Assembly (NCBI RefSeq): GCF_009914755.1
Contig: NC_060947.1
Length of the DNA: 64,000 bases
From: the human T2T-CHM13v2.0 reference genome, Homo sapiens
Direction: 5' to 3' (one strand)
The notes below the pieces were generated by a model. It was given only the letters and a program-made list of their open reading frames with translations, searched no databases and was not told where the DNA came from. Shown in pieces: positions 15,413-29,913 of this stretch. Position 1 is the first letter of the stretch, and each line of letters starts with the position of its first letter. The position numbers and the translations under genes were made by a program.

Positions 15413-18400
15413 TCACTTTCAAATGGATTTTCATAAGAGCATTAGCAAAAATGCCAGTTTTATGAAAGTTCAGACACTGTAACACATGGCCAAGGTATTA
15501 CCAAGCTAAATATATGATTATTTTCTTCCCCTCCCCTATCAGAATGAATACATACACAGGAAGAGTGTCTAGGAAATCTCCACATACCCCATTCCCAAAC
15601 ATACACAAAAATTAGCTAGGTTTCGGTAAAAACAAAATGTCATAAGGGGGAGCATTTAGGTGTGGTTGCCTTTTTAAAGTTCTGAATATAATAATACAAA
15701 ATCTGTTTAAATATTTGAAATGTTTTAAGAACATACTGACAGCCTGCTAGTTTCATTATTGAATGTTTCTTCCAGACAAATCTTCAGTTTCCCAAAGGAG
15801 TTGTGTGCACAATTGCTTTTGCTATTATTAATTTATGGTAACTTGTTCACTTGTTCTCAAGTAGTTCTGCTTGTAGCTACATTTTATGATGTGCCACTAA
15901 ACTGCAATAGTCTCTGAGTGCATTTCTTAAGCAAAATATAAGGTAATTACAATGGCAGCTTGACAATGAAAGAGGAAAACATTCTACTCTATACATGACT
16001 ACTTTATCTTCATGTTTTTAATAGTCTATGGAACAAATTAATTGTTAACAACAAAGTTCCTAACCTATAGTCAGAATAAATTCCACCTATATTGTTCATA
16101 AACATCTCAGCAACTATCAAAGTGTTTACTTCCATAAGGTAGGAAATGATAAATTATGTAAAATGATTGTTTGGAAATAAAACCAGTAACTAGACATTCT
16201 TTTAGAATGTCTCCTCAAAGCAAATTCTACTTTTAGGTGTTTTTTTATCCTACCTGTCTCCTTCTCATGAAAATCTCATATTCAATTTCACAGCACCACT
16301 GTTTCAATAGAGATTACTATCCCCTTTAAGAAGAAGATTATTGGCCAAGCCCAAAACTAATAATAATTTGATTACTGGAAATTATTTATTTCAGATGGGA
16401 CAGTTTATTGATCAGTATTTAGGTTTAAGTAAACAAAAGACTTTAATTTTGTCTAAAAATTAATTTATTAAAATGGAAATAGTGGCCAGATACCAACTCT
16501 TGACAGCTTTGCCAGATTAGATGACTTCTATCTGGTGACAAGGGATTAAGATTCCCAAGAAAGAATTAAAAATATTCAATATTGCTTATTTTACAGTAAC
16601 ATTTTTAATATTTTACATTTATGAGGCTTCTTTTGGTACTAATAGTACAAAGAATTAATGTACTAAAAACATAATTTCACAATAGCTAATGAAACTCATA
16701 GGACGGTCTTGTGAATACATATTGGAATAGCTTTAAAAACTGTCATCATATGGTTTTAACATGAAGTATTCAATAAGGGTGCAAAGTGAGACATAGTTCA
16801 AATTTTACAGACTTACGTTTCCTTTCTCAGCCTCTGAACTAGTGTCTAAAATTATTCATCAGCATAACTACTCTAGAATACATTTTGGTTTCTTAAATAT
16901 GACCTTTTATGATGGAATGAGTTTAGTTCTACTAAAAAATGAATTAATGTAAAATGGAATATGTGTATATTCTTTAATACACATAAAGAGCAAAAAAAAA
17001 ATTATTGCTTAAGAAGACCTTTAAAGGGAGCAGAAGAAGGGAAGTGAAAACGAAGTGAATAAAAAATAAATTTCTTCAGATCTAAGATTTATAAGGTCAT
17101 CCTTTTCCCAAAATGTACCAATTTATGTTTTCAAAAAGATATCATTATTCTAATATTCAGTAACTTTGCAATGAATGTTGACTCTATCATAAACACTATT
17201 ACATATACTTGCTATTTCATAAGTACTTCATCTCAGAAGCCTGCTGTGCTTTTCTGGTCTTCTAATTAATCAGCTTTTCCCACCTTGTGATTGTCTAATT
17301 TTCACTTAATTGCTTTACAGTAATAAAGTTTATCTTGCATTCTTCTCCCATCAGGGTGAGACTTTTTAAAATGCAACAAATCTTCAACCTGTAGAGCTGA
17401 AGATGAGACATTATATTAGGATGGTTTCTCTTCCTCTGAGATTTAGAAAATTACATTTTCAACTGAAGGTTGAAAAGATTATTATAAGCCACCTATAGCC
17501 AGTTGTTCATCACTTATTGAATGTCATGAATAAACAATTTTTGGAAAATAACATTTTTCAAGGAAAAGAAGGCAATATGAAACAATATTATACCAAATCT
17601 ATTTCCTTTTTATTGACTTTTGATATGAGATCTCTTTCATACTCACAGTTTCACGAACTTATTTTCTAAAACTTATTTTGCTACTTCTACAACTCATTGG
17701 CAAGTGCTCAAACATTAATTTGAGCTACTGATTAAATAATACAATAACTAAAGAAATCTCATGTTTATTTTTATTATGCTCATCCTTTTCTTTAATAAGA
17801 ATCTATACATTAACTGCACATTTACAGTCATGACAAAACTTCTTTTATGTTTGATACCATATACACTACTGTAATAATTTGCATATTAAGCATAAAGCTG
17901 TAGCAATCATGTAAATTAATATATACCTTTTAATATAGTCACCATTTAGACTCGGAACAATTATTTAGACCTCATTTTTATATCCTGGTTTTACTGTATC
18001 TAAAAACAATAAAGCAGTGGAGCCTTACAGATAAAGCCTCTGCATATAAAAGCTTTGTTCTTAAAGGACCTAGCTCAATTCTGCTATCAGAATGAAGAAA
18101 GTCGGTAAGACTACTCCCTTCACCAAACTTTTCAATAACATTAATGTCTATAACAGAAACCACTAATCCTTTTTCTTACAGGTCACTCAAGAATATTACA
18201 AATTTTCAGTCTGTGATCTTTGCGAATTTAATGTTAGTTTATCTGGTTTGAAAAGCCAATATGAAGATGGATCAATAATCACTCAGCTATGTAACTGTTA
18301 TTTGCCTCTCAACATTTGAGGTAAAATATAAAAACAGAACTGCTCTATTCTGAGCTTCCAAATTTGTAAATTCTCTATTGTATACACCTAGATGAAATTT

Positions 18401-19009
18401 GAAGAAAATTTGTTTCTTTTACCTTCAAATATGATTCATTAATTCCAGTAAGTGCTTAATGCCTTTAAACAATACTTAGCACAGCTGCCTGTGGAACTCA
18501 GTATTTAGTTTTTGTTAATGGGGTAATCAGTTGTGACAGACCAATGATATCACAAGATGGGTACACTTTTGATTTTATGTGATCAATATTGCCATTGAGG
18601 TTTAAGAGGTTCTTTTGTTTAAAAAATGACAACATAAAATTACTTACTGCCTTTTAAATAGTTAGAAACTTAATTATAATCACTAGCTGTATGATTTTAA
18701 CATAAAATGACAAAATGTTTTAGGTTTGATTTGTAAAATCTGTACTTCTAATATAACCTCTATTATTCCTGAACACTGTTGTTACTGGAGCTTCATGTGG
18801 CTAGAAAACTGCCAACAAGAGTGTCTCTAATGAGTACTACAATTGCAAAACGCCATAAGCATCCCAGTCTTAGTTTCATAAAAGAGATGATGAGTTATCT
18901 CATGAATACCGTTATGCCATAAAAAACAAGGAAACTTTGCTGTCATGGTGTTTTCTTGATACTAAAACTCAGTGTAGTGAATTAGATGACTACATGAGCA
19001 ACATTTGGC

Positions 19010-22000
19010 ACTTTTTTATCCATTCATCTGTTGATGAACACTTAGGTTGCTTCCAAATCTTAGCTACTGTTAACAGTGTTGCAACAAACATGGGAATGCA
19101 GATATCACTTTGATATACTGAATTCCTTTCTTTGGTGTATATACTCAGCAGTGGGATTGCTGAATCAGAGTAGTTCAATTTTTAGGTTATTCAGAAACTT
19201 CCAAACTGTTCTCTAGAGTGGTTTTACTAATTCCTATTCCCATCTATGGTGTATAAGGGTTCCTTTTTCTCCACATCCTTGCCAGTATTTGTTATTGCCT
19301 GTCTTTTGGATATACGCCATTTTAACGGAGCGAGATGATATCTCTCTCATTGTAGTTGTGATTTGCGTTTCTGTGATGATCAATGATGTTTAGCACCTTT
19401 TCATATGCTTGTTTGCAATTTGTATGTCTTCTTTTGAGAAATGTCTATTCAAATATTTTGTACACTTTTTTGATCAGATTATATTTTTTTCCCTCTACAG
19501 TTGTTTGAGCTACTTATATATTCTGGTTATTAATCTCTTCTCAGATGGGTAGTTTGCAAATGTTTTCTCCCATTCTGTGGGTTGCCTGTTCACTTTCTTG
19601 ATTGTATATTTTGCTGCGAAGAAGCTGTTTAACTTAATGTAATCCCATTTGTTCATTTTTGCGTTGGTTGCCTGTGCTTGTGGGGTACTGCTCAGGAAAT
19701 TTTTGCCCAGACCAATGTCCTGAAGAGTTTCCCCAATGTTTCCTTGCAGTAGTTTCATGGTTTGAGGTTTTAGATTTAAACCTTTAATTCATTTTGATTT
19801 GATTTCTATATATGGGGAGAGAGAGGGGTTGTGAACCCCAAATAAATGAGACTGGTCTCAGTCCATTTAGGAAGTTTATTTTGCCAAAGTTAAGGATGCA
19901 CACCCATTACACAGCCTCAGGAGGTCCTGACCACGTGTGCCCAAGGTGGTCCGAGCACAGCTTGGTTTTATACATTTCAGGGAGACATGAGACATTAATC
20001 AATATATGTAAGATGAAACATTCGTTTGGTGCAGAAAGGCAGGACGACTCAAAGCAAAGGCATTACTACTTGAAGTTGAGAGGGGGCTTTCAGGTCATAG
20101 GTAGATAAGAGACAAATGGTTACATTATTTTGAGTTTCTGATTAAGCTTTCCAAAGAAGGCAATCAGATATGCATTTGTCTCAGTGAGCAGAGGGATGAC
20201 TTTGAATAGAATGGAAGGCAGGTTTACCCTAAGCATTTCCCAGCTTGACTTTTTTCCTTTAGCTTAGTGATTTGGGGGTCCAAAGATTTATTTTCCTTTC
20301 ACAGGGTCTAGTTTCATTCTTTTCATATGGATATCAAGTTTCCCCAGCATCATTTGTTGAAGAGACAATTTTTTCCCCAGTGTATGTTCTTGGCATCTTT
20401 GTCAAAAATCAATTCATTGTAGCTGTGCGAATTTGCTTCTGAATTCTCTATTCTGTTCCATTGATCTATGTGTCTGCTTTTTTGCCAGCATGCTGTTTTG
20501 GTTACCATGGCTCTGTAGTAAAATTTGAAGTCAGACAATGTGAGTTGTCCAGTTTTGTTCCTTTTGCTCAGGATAGCATATACTATTCTGGGTCTTTGGT
20601 GGTTCCATATACATTTCACGGTTTTTTTTTTTCTATTTCTGCAAAGAATGTCATTGGTATTTTGACAGGGATTTCATTTAATCTGTAGATTGCTTTGGGA
20701 AATAAGGACATTTTAACAATATTGATTCTTCCAACCCATGAACATAAAATATTTTTTCATTTTTTGGTGTCCTCTTCAATTTCTTTCATCAATGTTTTAT
20801 AATTTTCATTATAGAGATCTTTCACTTGTTTGGGTAAGTTAATTTCTAAGTATTTTATTGTATGCGTGGCTACTGTAAATTGGATAACTTTTAAATTCCC
20901 TTTCACATGTTCACTGTTGGCATATAGAAATGCTACTGATTTTTGTGTGTTGATTTTGTGTTCTGCAACATTACTGATTTTTAAAATCAGCTCTAATAAT
21001 TTTTGTGGAGTCTTTAGGTTTTTCTAAATATAAGATCATATAATCAGCAAGCAAGGATAACTTGACTTCTTCCTTTTCAATTTGGATGTCCTTTATGTCT
21101 TTCTCTTGTCTGATTCTTCTAGCTAGGCTTTCTGGTACTATGTTGAATAATGGTAGTGACAGTGCACATCCTTGTGCTGCTTCAGATCTTAGAGAAAAGG
21201 CTTTCCATTTTTTTTTTTCCTATTCAGTATGATACTAGCTGTGGGTCTGTCATACATGGCTTTCATTATGTTGAAGTATGTTCCTTCTACACCCAGTTTT
21301 TTTTAAGGATTTTATCATGAATGAATATTAAACATTAGCTAATGCTTTTTCACCATCAATTAAGATACTCATGTGGTTTTGTTTTCAGTTCTGTTCATGT
21401 GATGTATCACATTGATTGATTTGCATATGTTGAACCATCCTTGCATCCAAGGGATAAATCCCACTTGGTCATGTTGAATGATCTTTCTAATGTATTATTG
21501 AATTTAGTTTGATAGGATTTCGTTGAGGATTTTTGTATAAGTATTTATCAGAGATATTGGCCTATAGGATATTGGTCTATAGTATTTTTTTTAATGTGTC
21601 TTTGTCATGTTTTTGTTTCTGGGTAATACTGGACTCTTGAAATGAATTTGGAAGAATTCATTTCTTCTCTGTTTCTCAGAATAGTTTTAATAGGAGAATA
21701 GGATTTACATTACTTCTTTAAATGTTTGGTAGAATTCAGCAGTAAAGCCATCAGTGTGCAGGACTTCTTTTTTTTTCTGGAAGAGTCTTTATTATGGCTT
21801 CAATCTCATTACTTGTTATTGGTCTGTTCATGTTTTAGAGTTCTTTCTGGTTCAGTCTTGGCAGGTTGAACCAGAATCTGTCCATTTCTTCTGGATTTTT
21901 AAAATTTATTGGCATATAGGTACTCATAGTTGTCACTAATAATCCTTTGAATTTCTGCAATGTCAGGTGTAATGCCTCCTTTTTCATTTCTGATTTTATT

Positions 22001-25000
22001 TATTGTAGCTTCTCTCTTTTTCTTATTTAGTCTGGATAAAGTTTTGTCAATTTTGTTTAAATTTTCAAAGAAACAACTTTTTGTTTCATTAATTTCTATA
22101 TTTATTTCAATTTTATTTATTTCTGTTCTAATCTTTGTTATTTCTTTTCTTCTACTAATTTTGGATTTGATTCACTCTTGCTTTTCTAGATTGATAATAT
22201 GCATTATTAGATTGTTTATTTGAAGTTTTTTCTCTTTTTTTGACGTAGGCACTTACACCCCTTAATTTTCCTCTCAGCACTGCTTTTGCTGTATCTGATA
22301 GGTTTTGGTATGTTGTATTTTCATTATCAGTTGTTTCAAGAAAAACTTCAATTTCTTTCTTAATTTCTTTATTGACTCACTGGTCATTCGGTAGCATATT
22401 TTTAAATTTCCATGTAATTTCCATGTATAGTTTCCAAAATTTTTCTTGTTATTAATTTCTAGTTTTATTCTATTGTGGTCAGAGAAGATGCTTTATATTA
22501 TTTCTTTTTTTAATGTTTCAGGAATTCTTTTGTGACCTAACATATTGTCTATTCTTGAGAATTATCCATGTGCTGAGAAAAAGAATATGTATTTTGCAGC
22601 TCTTCAATGAAATGTTCTGTAAATATCTATTAAATCCATTTAGTTCATAGCGCGGATTAAGTCTGATGGGTTTTTTTGTTGATTTTCTGTCTGGAAGAGC
22701 TGTCCAATGCTGGAAGTGAACAATAAGTAATAATGAGGTGTTGAAGTCTCCAGCTATAATTGTATAAGGGCCTATCTCTCTCTTTAGCTCTAAAAATATT
22801 CGCTTTATACATCTGTGTGCTCCAGTGTTGGGTGCATATATATTTCAAATTATTATATCCTCTTGCTGAATGGACCTCTTTGTCATTATATAATGACCTT
22901 CCTTTTCTCTTCTTATAGTTTTCATCTTGAAATCTATGTTGTCTGATATACATATTGTGACTCCTGCCCTTTTTTGATTTCCATTGGCATGGAATATTTT
23001 TTCTTTTCCTTTATTTTTAGTCTATGTGTGTCTTTATGGTTGAAGTGTGTTTCTCATAGGCAACAGATCAGTTGGCCTTGTTTTTTCATGCATTCAGGCA
23101 GAGTTCAGTGCATTTACATTTAATGTTATTATTGATAAGTAAGAGCTTACTCCTGACATTTTTTAATTTTTATTTTTTCTGGTGGTTTTGTGATCTTCTC
23201 TTTCTTCTTTCTTTCCTCCCTGTCTTCCACTAGTGAGGATCATTTTCTCTGATGATATGATTTACTTACTTGCTTTTTAACTTTTGTGTGCCTATTTTAT
23301 ATTTTTAGGTTGAGGTTACCATGAGGCTTTCAAATACTGTATTATAACCCATTATTTTATCCTGATAAAAGCTCAACACTATTCACATAAAGAAACAAAC
23401 AAAAAATTAAAAAAGAAAACTAATAAAATCTCACCTTAACTTTATCTTCCTGCTTTTTAACTTTTTGTTCTTTCTATTTGTATATTATTTTTCTGCCTAT
23501 GTCTTGAAAAGTTGTTGGAGCTATTATTTTTGATTGGTTCATTATTTAGTATTTCTAGTTAGGATTAGAGCAGTTTACTCAACCAAAGTTACGGTGTTAT
23601 AATATTCTGTTTTTCTGTGTACATACTATTACCAGTAAGTTTTGTACCTTTAATTGATTACTTATTGTTCATTAATGTCCTATTCTTTCTAATTGAAGTA
23701 TTCCCTTTAGCATTGCTTTTAGGACAGGTCTGGTATTGATGAATTTCCTCAGCTTTCATTTGTCTAAGAAAACCTTTATTTCTTCTTCATGTTGGAAGGG
23801 TAGTTTTGCTGGGTATACTATTCTAGAATTAAAGATTTTTTGTTTGTTTGTTTGTTTTTGTTTGTTTTTCTTCAGTACTTTAAATATGTCATGCCATTCT
23901 CTCCTGGCCCATAAGGTTTCCACTAAAAAGTCTGCTTCCAGACATATTGGAGCTCCACCACCACCCCTGGCCATAAGGAATACTGCAAGACTACCACAGA
24001 TGTTTAGTTAAGGCCCAGGGTCACTTTAGTCAGCTTGTGGTGAATGCTCCGTGGCCTGGGACTCACCCTTTAATGCAGTGGTTTCCCTTCTGTCCCAGGG
24101 CTGGTCCTGAAATGCCATCCAAGAGTCAAGTCCTGGAATCAGGGACTCCAAGAGCCCACTTGGTGTTCTACCTACCTGTTGTGTTGTTGGTACCTAGGAT
24201 ATAAGACAAAGTCCCCTTTACTTTTCTCTCAGTTTTTCTCAAGCAGAAAGAGTTTTGCCCCCTAACCACCTCAGCTAATAATGTGCTAAGTTTCTCCTGG
24301 GAGCCAGCACATCTCAGAGACTCACCAAGGCCCTCACTATAGTACCAGGTATTGCTGTTGGTTATTCAGGGCCCAAGGCTCTTCACTTAGGAGGCAATGA
24401 ATGCTGACAGGACTGGGTTCTTTTCTTCAAAGCAACCGGTTCCCTTCTGGCCCAAGGCGTGTATAAATATGTCACCTAGGAGCTAGGGCCTGGGATAGGG
24501 GAACTCATGACTCAGGTTGGTACCCTATCCTACTGTGTTTGGGCTGCTATCCAAGATGCGAGACAAAGTCTCCCCACTCTTCCCTCTCCTCTCCTCAAAA
24601 GAAAGGAAGGTGTCTCTTTTGGAGCCATGATCTGTGCACCTTGGAGTTAGGTGATAGGAGCACTCCTTTTGCTTCCCTAGCTGGTGTCTCAGTATGTTGT
24701 GTGCCTCTGCAGTCTACTGTCTCTGTGGCCACTTCAGTCTTAGGACTCACCTGAGATTTGAAGTCTTTGTGGCCTAGACTGCCTTTCAAGTTTACTTAGA
24801 GACTGAGAGCACTTTGCCCTTCATGGTGAGGTTTGCAGACACTCAAGTTCAGATCACTGAGGTTGGTGATTCCCATCTGGCTAGGGCTGGTTTAAATGCT
24901 CCCTGTGTGGGTGGTAATCAGCTAAGTTTGGTCTGATTTTCCTTTCTGTTCTAACAGAACAATACTGTGTTCAATGCCTCACAATTGCTGTGTTCTTCTT

Positions 25001-25240
25001 CCCCCAGCACCCAGAGAAGCTCTCTGCACCATGCCCCCAAGCCTGGGGTGGGGGAGGGGTGGCACCAGCGATTCTGGACGTTTTTTTCTATCACTTCAGT
25101 GCCTCTTCCAGCAATATGAATTTAATACCAGATACCTAATTTTTGGTTCTTATATAGATTTTTCTTTTGTTAACTTGGTGTCTTTGCTGGGGCAATGATT
25201 AGTGGAGCTTTCTATTCTGCCATCTTGCTTTGCCTCTCTC
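19010..25240 (-). mobile_element. L1MA/L1M1-2-like element with 5'UTR; 3' end missing and ORF1 largely deleted
   Basis: Minus ORFs 19510..19758, 20350..20619 and 22657..22953 are ORF2-derived; 23756..23974 is the ORF1 C-terminus (ARREWHDIFKVL...RIVYPAKL); 5' terminus ...tctgccatcttgc at ~25216-25228. Confidence 0.85.
19830..20303 (-). mobile_element. MER4A-type ERV1 solo LTR nested in the L1
   Basis: TG...CA ends (tgtgaacccc / ttttcctttcaca); cagcctcaggaggtcctgac motif; 4-bp TSD gggt at 19826-19829 and 20304-20307. Confidence 0.88.
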
Positions 25241-25420
25241 TTTTTTTTTTTCTTTTAGAAACAGGTAAATACAACTGTTTAAGCATTATCATTAATATAT
25301 AATGTTAAATTTTAAAATATATTATTTTTGTTCTACTACTTTGCTGGGGCAATGGAGCCAATGGAGAGAAAGATAACAAAATTTGTTTCTTAAAAACATA
25401 TAAAAAGCCATTTCTCCCAA

Positions 25421-26150
25421 TGTGAGAGATACTAATACGTACTCACCAAACCCATTACTTTCTCCTAATCACACAGTTCTACTACATTTTTCAGGCTTCC
25501 TTGCTTAAGTGAGATTTTGTGTCTGATTTCTGAACAATAGAATTTAGGAGGAAGTGTTGGGCAATACTTCCAAGGTTATCCCATAAAAAAATTCCTACTG
25601 GGATTTCCCATGCTGCTGTCAGCAATGACTTCAGTAGTTATATGTTGAATATAGAGGAGCCACAAAATGAAAGGAGCCTGGATTACTGAATCACCACTTG
25701 GATGAGAGCTCCCAGCTAATTGGTAACCTATGTTTTTCACTTTATATAAATGTTAAACCACTCATATTTGAGGATTTATTTGTTACAATAGCTACTATAA
25801 CTTTATTTAACAGAAATTCGTTCTTTGAAACAAAAAATACCTGCCATAGCAGAAACCTAAAATACATGTATAAGTTTAATGGTCATGCAGTGAGCAGAAA
25901 GGTAACTGACTTGGAGGCTGAAAATATGAAGGCCCATTATAGGCAGTGGCAAAACATTTATTAACACTCTTGCCTGCTATAAATTGGAAGGAAAACCATA
26001 TGCCCACTGAATATGCAGCTCCAAAGAGTCAGAGTCAGGGTAATAGTATATCCTGTTCTGATGTTCTGCATTGAGAAAGTATTCAAAGAGATTAATTAGA
26101 AAAAAATTTGGCTAGTTTGCAAGCAAAAATGAACCTGTCTACTTCTAGAT
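25421..26150 (+). mobile_element. MLT1I/J-like MaLR LTR (~25421-25811) followed by internal sequence
   Basis: gagccacaaaatgaaaggagcctggattactgaatcaccacttgga, ggatttatttgttacaatagc; then gaaatt...gcagtggcaaaacattt MLT1-int-like sequence. Confidence 0.65.
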
Positions 26151-29100
26151 CTGCATAAAGCAAAATTCTGGAAGTTCTTTCTATGCCATGAAAGATATAT
26201 TAGAAAGACTTTGGCCTCTCCATCAATCTACAAAAGTCAGAAGAAAATTGTTCTCAGAGTCTAATTTGATTAATAAAAATAAATAATTATAATTAACAAT
26301 GATGTATTGTGACCAGTAGTGGATTCCAACTGAAGACTTAATCTCTAAATTTAAGAAAGTTAAAATCCATTTGAGTAGGGAAAAAAAAATAATAAAAGCA
26401 CAATTTAAAAGTAACTACAAACAAGTTAGTTCGATCTAGATAATTATATATTACAGTGCAAGTGGGTCCTCTAAGTGATGGTTAGGGATGAGCAAATTAA
26501 TAAATTATGTGGTTTTTAGGGTAGTAAGAAACAAAAAGCAATAAATCAATAATTACAGGATTAATGTAAGTTGTATAATACACACTGAGAGATTCAGGGA
26601 AAGGGCATGTAAAACAAGAGATAAATTTATCCCAGAAGTGGGTTTTAGTCCAAGTGTTTAAGAAGATGTGAGTAGAGTGGCCAAACGGGCTGACTAGAAG
26701 CAGCTAAACGGCATGGCTCTCACGGAAAGGAATGGAAGGGGTGAGTAAATACAACACCTTCAACTGAAACATTCAGGTACTTACATTGGGTCTAATCTTG
26801 GAAACAACGTGACCCACGGAGACAGAGAAAAGCAAGGCAGGACACCGGCTCATGCAGGAGCAACACAGAGCCAAGGGAAGCTCCACTGCACAGAGAAGCA
26901 GTGAGTGAATGTGCCACTCCGGGAACCCATGCTGCTCCCACAGATTTTTGAAACCCTCAGGTCAGGAGGATCCCTCATGAACCTGCTCCACTAAGGGCCT
27001 TCAGTCTGACGCATAAACATGTGTCAGGAGCTATGTGGAGTCTCAGCAGAGCAACCACTCAGGCATACGCAGAGACCCAGGAGCTTTAGATACTCCAGCT
27101 TTTCGGGCAAACCAGCAAAAGTAGCTTCAACTCCAGAAAAGTGGGTGGTTAGACTCCTGTACCTACCACTAGGAAAGATGTTGAATCCAGAAGGCAGAGC
27201 AATAATGGCCTACAGGCCCCGCTTCCACAGCTCCTCACAGGATAAGACCCACTGGCTTGGAATTCCAGCCAGCAACAAGTAGCAGCATTGCGCCTCCCTG
27301 GGTTTGAGCTCCCAGAGAGAGGGGTGGGCTGTAACTTTTGCTGTTTTGGTAACTAGCTGTTCCAGCCTTTGGGCTTTGGAAAGCCCAAGCTGACCAGGGA
27401 TGGAAGCAGTACCCCAGCACAGCACAGCTTCCCTACAAAAACATGTCCAGACTGCTTTTTGAGTGGGTCCCCAATCCCATTCCTCATCACTGGGTAAAGT
27501 ATCCCAATCAGGGTCTCTGGCTACTCCTACTGGTGTTCTCCAGCTGATAGAGGTTTCAGGTCTCCCTGGAATGGAGCTCCCAGGGAAAGGGGTGGGCCGC
27601 CATCTTTGCTATTTGGGCTAGTTATTCCAGCCCTCAGGTTTCAGAGTATCCAAGGTGACCAGAGACTGAAATGGACATCCAGCACAGCACAGCTGCTCTA
27701 CAAAAACGTGGCCAGACTACTTTTATATGTGGGTCCTCAATCCCATTTCTCCTGACTGGGTGAGACCTTCCAATTTTGGTCTTCAGCCACCTCTTACAGG
27801 TGCATGTGGGTGAGCAACAGGCCTGTACCTCCCTGGGACAGAGGTCCTAGAGGGAGGAGCAGACTGCCATCTTTGTTGTTTTGCAAGCCTTCACTGTGAT
27901 ACCTCCAGGTACTGGAAAATCTGAGGCGACTAAGCACTGGAGCAGACCCCCAGCATTCTGCAACAGCCCTACAGAAAATTGGCCAGACTGTTACATGGGT
28001 ACTTGTTCCCATATCTTCTCACCAGTCAGGTCCTCTAGCCACCCCTTACCAGAGCTATTCAGCCAGTATCAACTCAGCAACTCCCTGGACAGAGCCTCCA
28101 GGGGCAACTGAAAGCCTCTTTGCCACTGCATCTAACACGAAGCCATCCTTGCTACCCTCTCACTAACAAAGGAGCAAGCACCCTTTGTGCCTCATTCACA
28201 CTTCCAATAAGCTGCAGTCAACCCAAGGAAAGGAGGCCACTACATCTCCCATGGGTCCCCCACACATCTCATTGCTTACTGCCACACAGGGAACCCCTGG
28301 TTTAGGCCCACAGCACAGACCCTCCATTCTGGGCTGATTGCACTGAGCAATTACTGAACAACATCTCTCTGGGGTGGGGCCCCCAGGAGATAAGTAAAGT
28401 GGTGGAGCAGCAAGCCAGATGATATGGAGCCCAGAGGGTTTTGTGCAGGTGTGTCTGTAGCCAACCCTCTAGACTTAACTTGCTCCCATAAGAGACTTTA
28501 TGCCTAGGGGAATTATCAGACCTGATTTCTGCAGGGTGGTCTTGCACATCAGATAGGGCTAGTCCAACCTGAACACTCCTTGGTCTGCTGGCCTCTTCTG
28601 GGACACCAGCCTAGCCATACCTGCTTACAGGGCAGTCTCACATGCCCCGGGGGCCCACACCATAGCTTTTCAGACAGTGGACAGTATGTGATCAATGGAG
28701 GGCTCCAGCAAGGCAGCCCTTATGTCCACGCACCAGCTGGCACATTCCCTCCCCATACTGCAGCTTCCTCTGAGCCCACGGAAACTCCCCATATTACTTT
28801 GCTGATGCATGTCTGCACAGGCATGTTTTGCTTTACTTGCCCTGCAACCACACGGGAGTACAGTGTGTCCTCTGACCCCTGCTCACCGCCATTGCAGACA
28901 GAGCTTTGACAGGCATAGAACCAGCAAGCTCCACCATGCCAGCACCCTGCTTTTGCACTAATGCTGCATGGAGAACAAGAGATCCTTCTGCATCCTAAGC
29001 AATCACTCCTGCTTGCAGGACACAGAGAAGGCACCCAGATCTGCACTGGCCAGCACCCCACCCCAAACCAACACCACCACCACCTTCAGTTCAACAGTGC

Positions 29101-29913
29101 ACACAACCTCCAGCAGAGTCCTCCCGCTCCCTACCAACTGCCTTGCTTCCACCACTGTGGTGAACACTCACAGGGAGGCAGGCACCACTGCATTCCCTAG
29201 CACTTGGATGTAGCTGCAGCACCTCATTTCCCACCCCCAGCACAGTAGACTCCAAACCTTAAGGAGTCAGAGAACAAAGTGGGGGTTCAAGAAAAGTCTC
29301 TCAGAGTTAGAGCACATAGTCCAGGAGTTGGGAGCTGAACACTGGCCTGTGAAAATTGTCCAGAAATGAAGCCAGTTAGCTGAATCCACCTTAAACCACA
29401 ATCAAATGCTCAAGGTCATCAAACAGAATAAAAGGAAAAAAAAAGTCCATCCAAAAGTCAGCAACCTCAAAGATTGAAGGTAGATTAGACCACAAAGATG
29501 AGGAAGAATCAGCACCAGAATGCTGAAAATTCAAAAAGCGAGAGTACCTTCTTTCCTTCAAATATCTGCATCACCTCTCTAGCAAGGTCAGTGACCGACA
29601 GAGGCTGAGATGACTGAAATGACAGAAGTAGAATTCAAAATATGGACAGAAATGAAGTTCACTGAGCTACAGGAGTACATTGTAACCCAACACAAGGAAG
29701 TTAAAAAACATGATAAAGTATTGCAGGAGCTGAGAGACAAAATAACCAGTATAGAGAACGTAACTGACCTGATAGAGCTGAAAATTACACTACAAGAATT
29801 TAATAATGCAATCACAAGTATTAATAGCAGAGTAGAACAAGCAGAGGAAAGAATTTCAGAGCTTGAGGACTGCCTTTCTGAAATAAGACAGTCAGACAAG
29901 AATAGAGAAAAAA

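Noticed and set aside
17978-18163. 61-aa minus ORF in unique sequence
   Set aside because: Non-ATG start, no recognisable homology; length within chance expectation
21553-21582. 15-bp tandem duplication gatattgg(c/t)ctatag
   Set aside because: Routine slippage duplication inside a dead L1
25240-25270. Apparent 6-nt micro-exon (ttttcttttag|aaacag|gtaaat)
   Set aside because: The pyrimidine tract adjoins an L1 5' end, the donor is weak, and there is no supporting gene context
25182-25354. 16-bp direct repeat ctttgctggggcaatg at 25182-25197 and 25339-25354
   Set aside because: Does not bracket an identifiable element as a TSD; too short to distinguish a small templated copy from chance
27019-29213. 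Cluster of overlapping 60-113 aa ORFs
   Set aside because: Expected from the GC-richer L1 5'UTR; no coherent protein similarity
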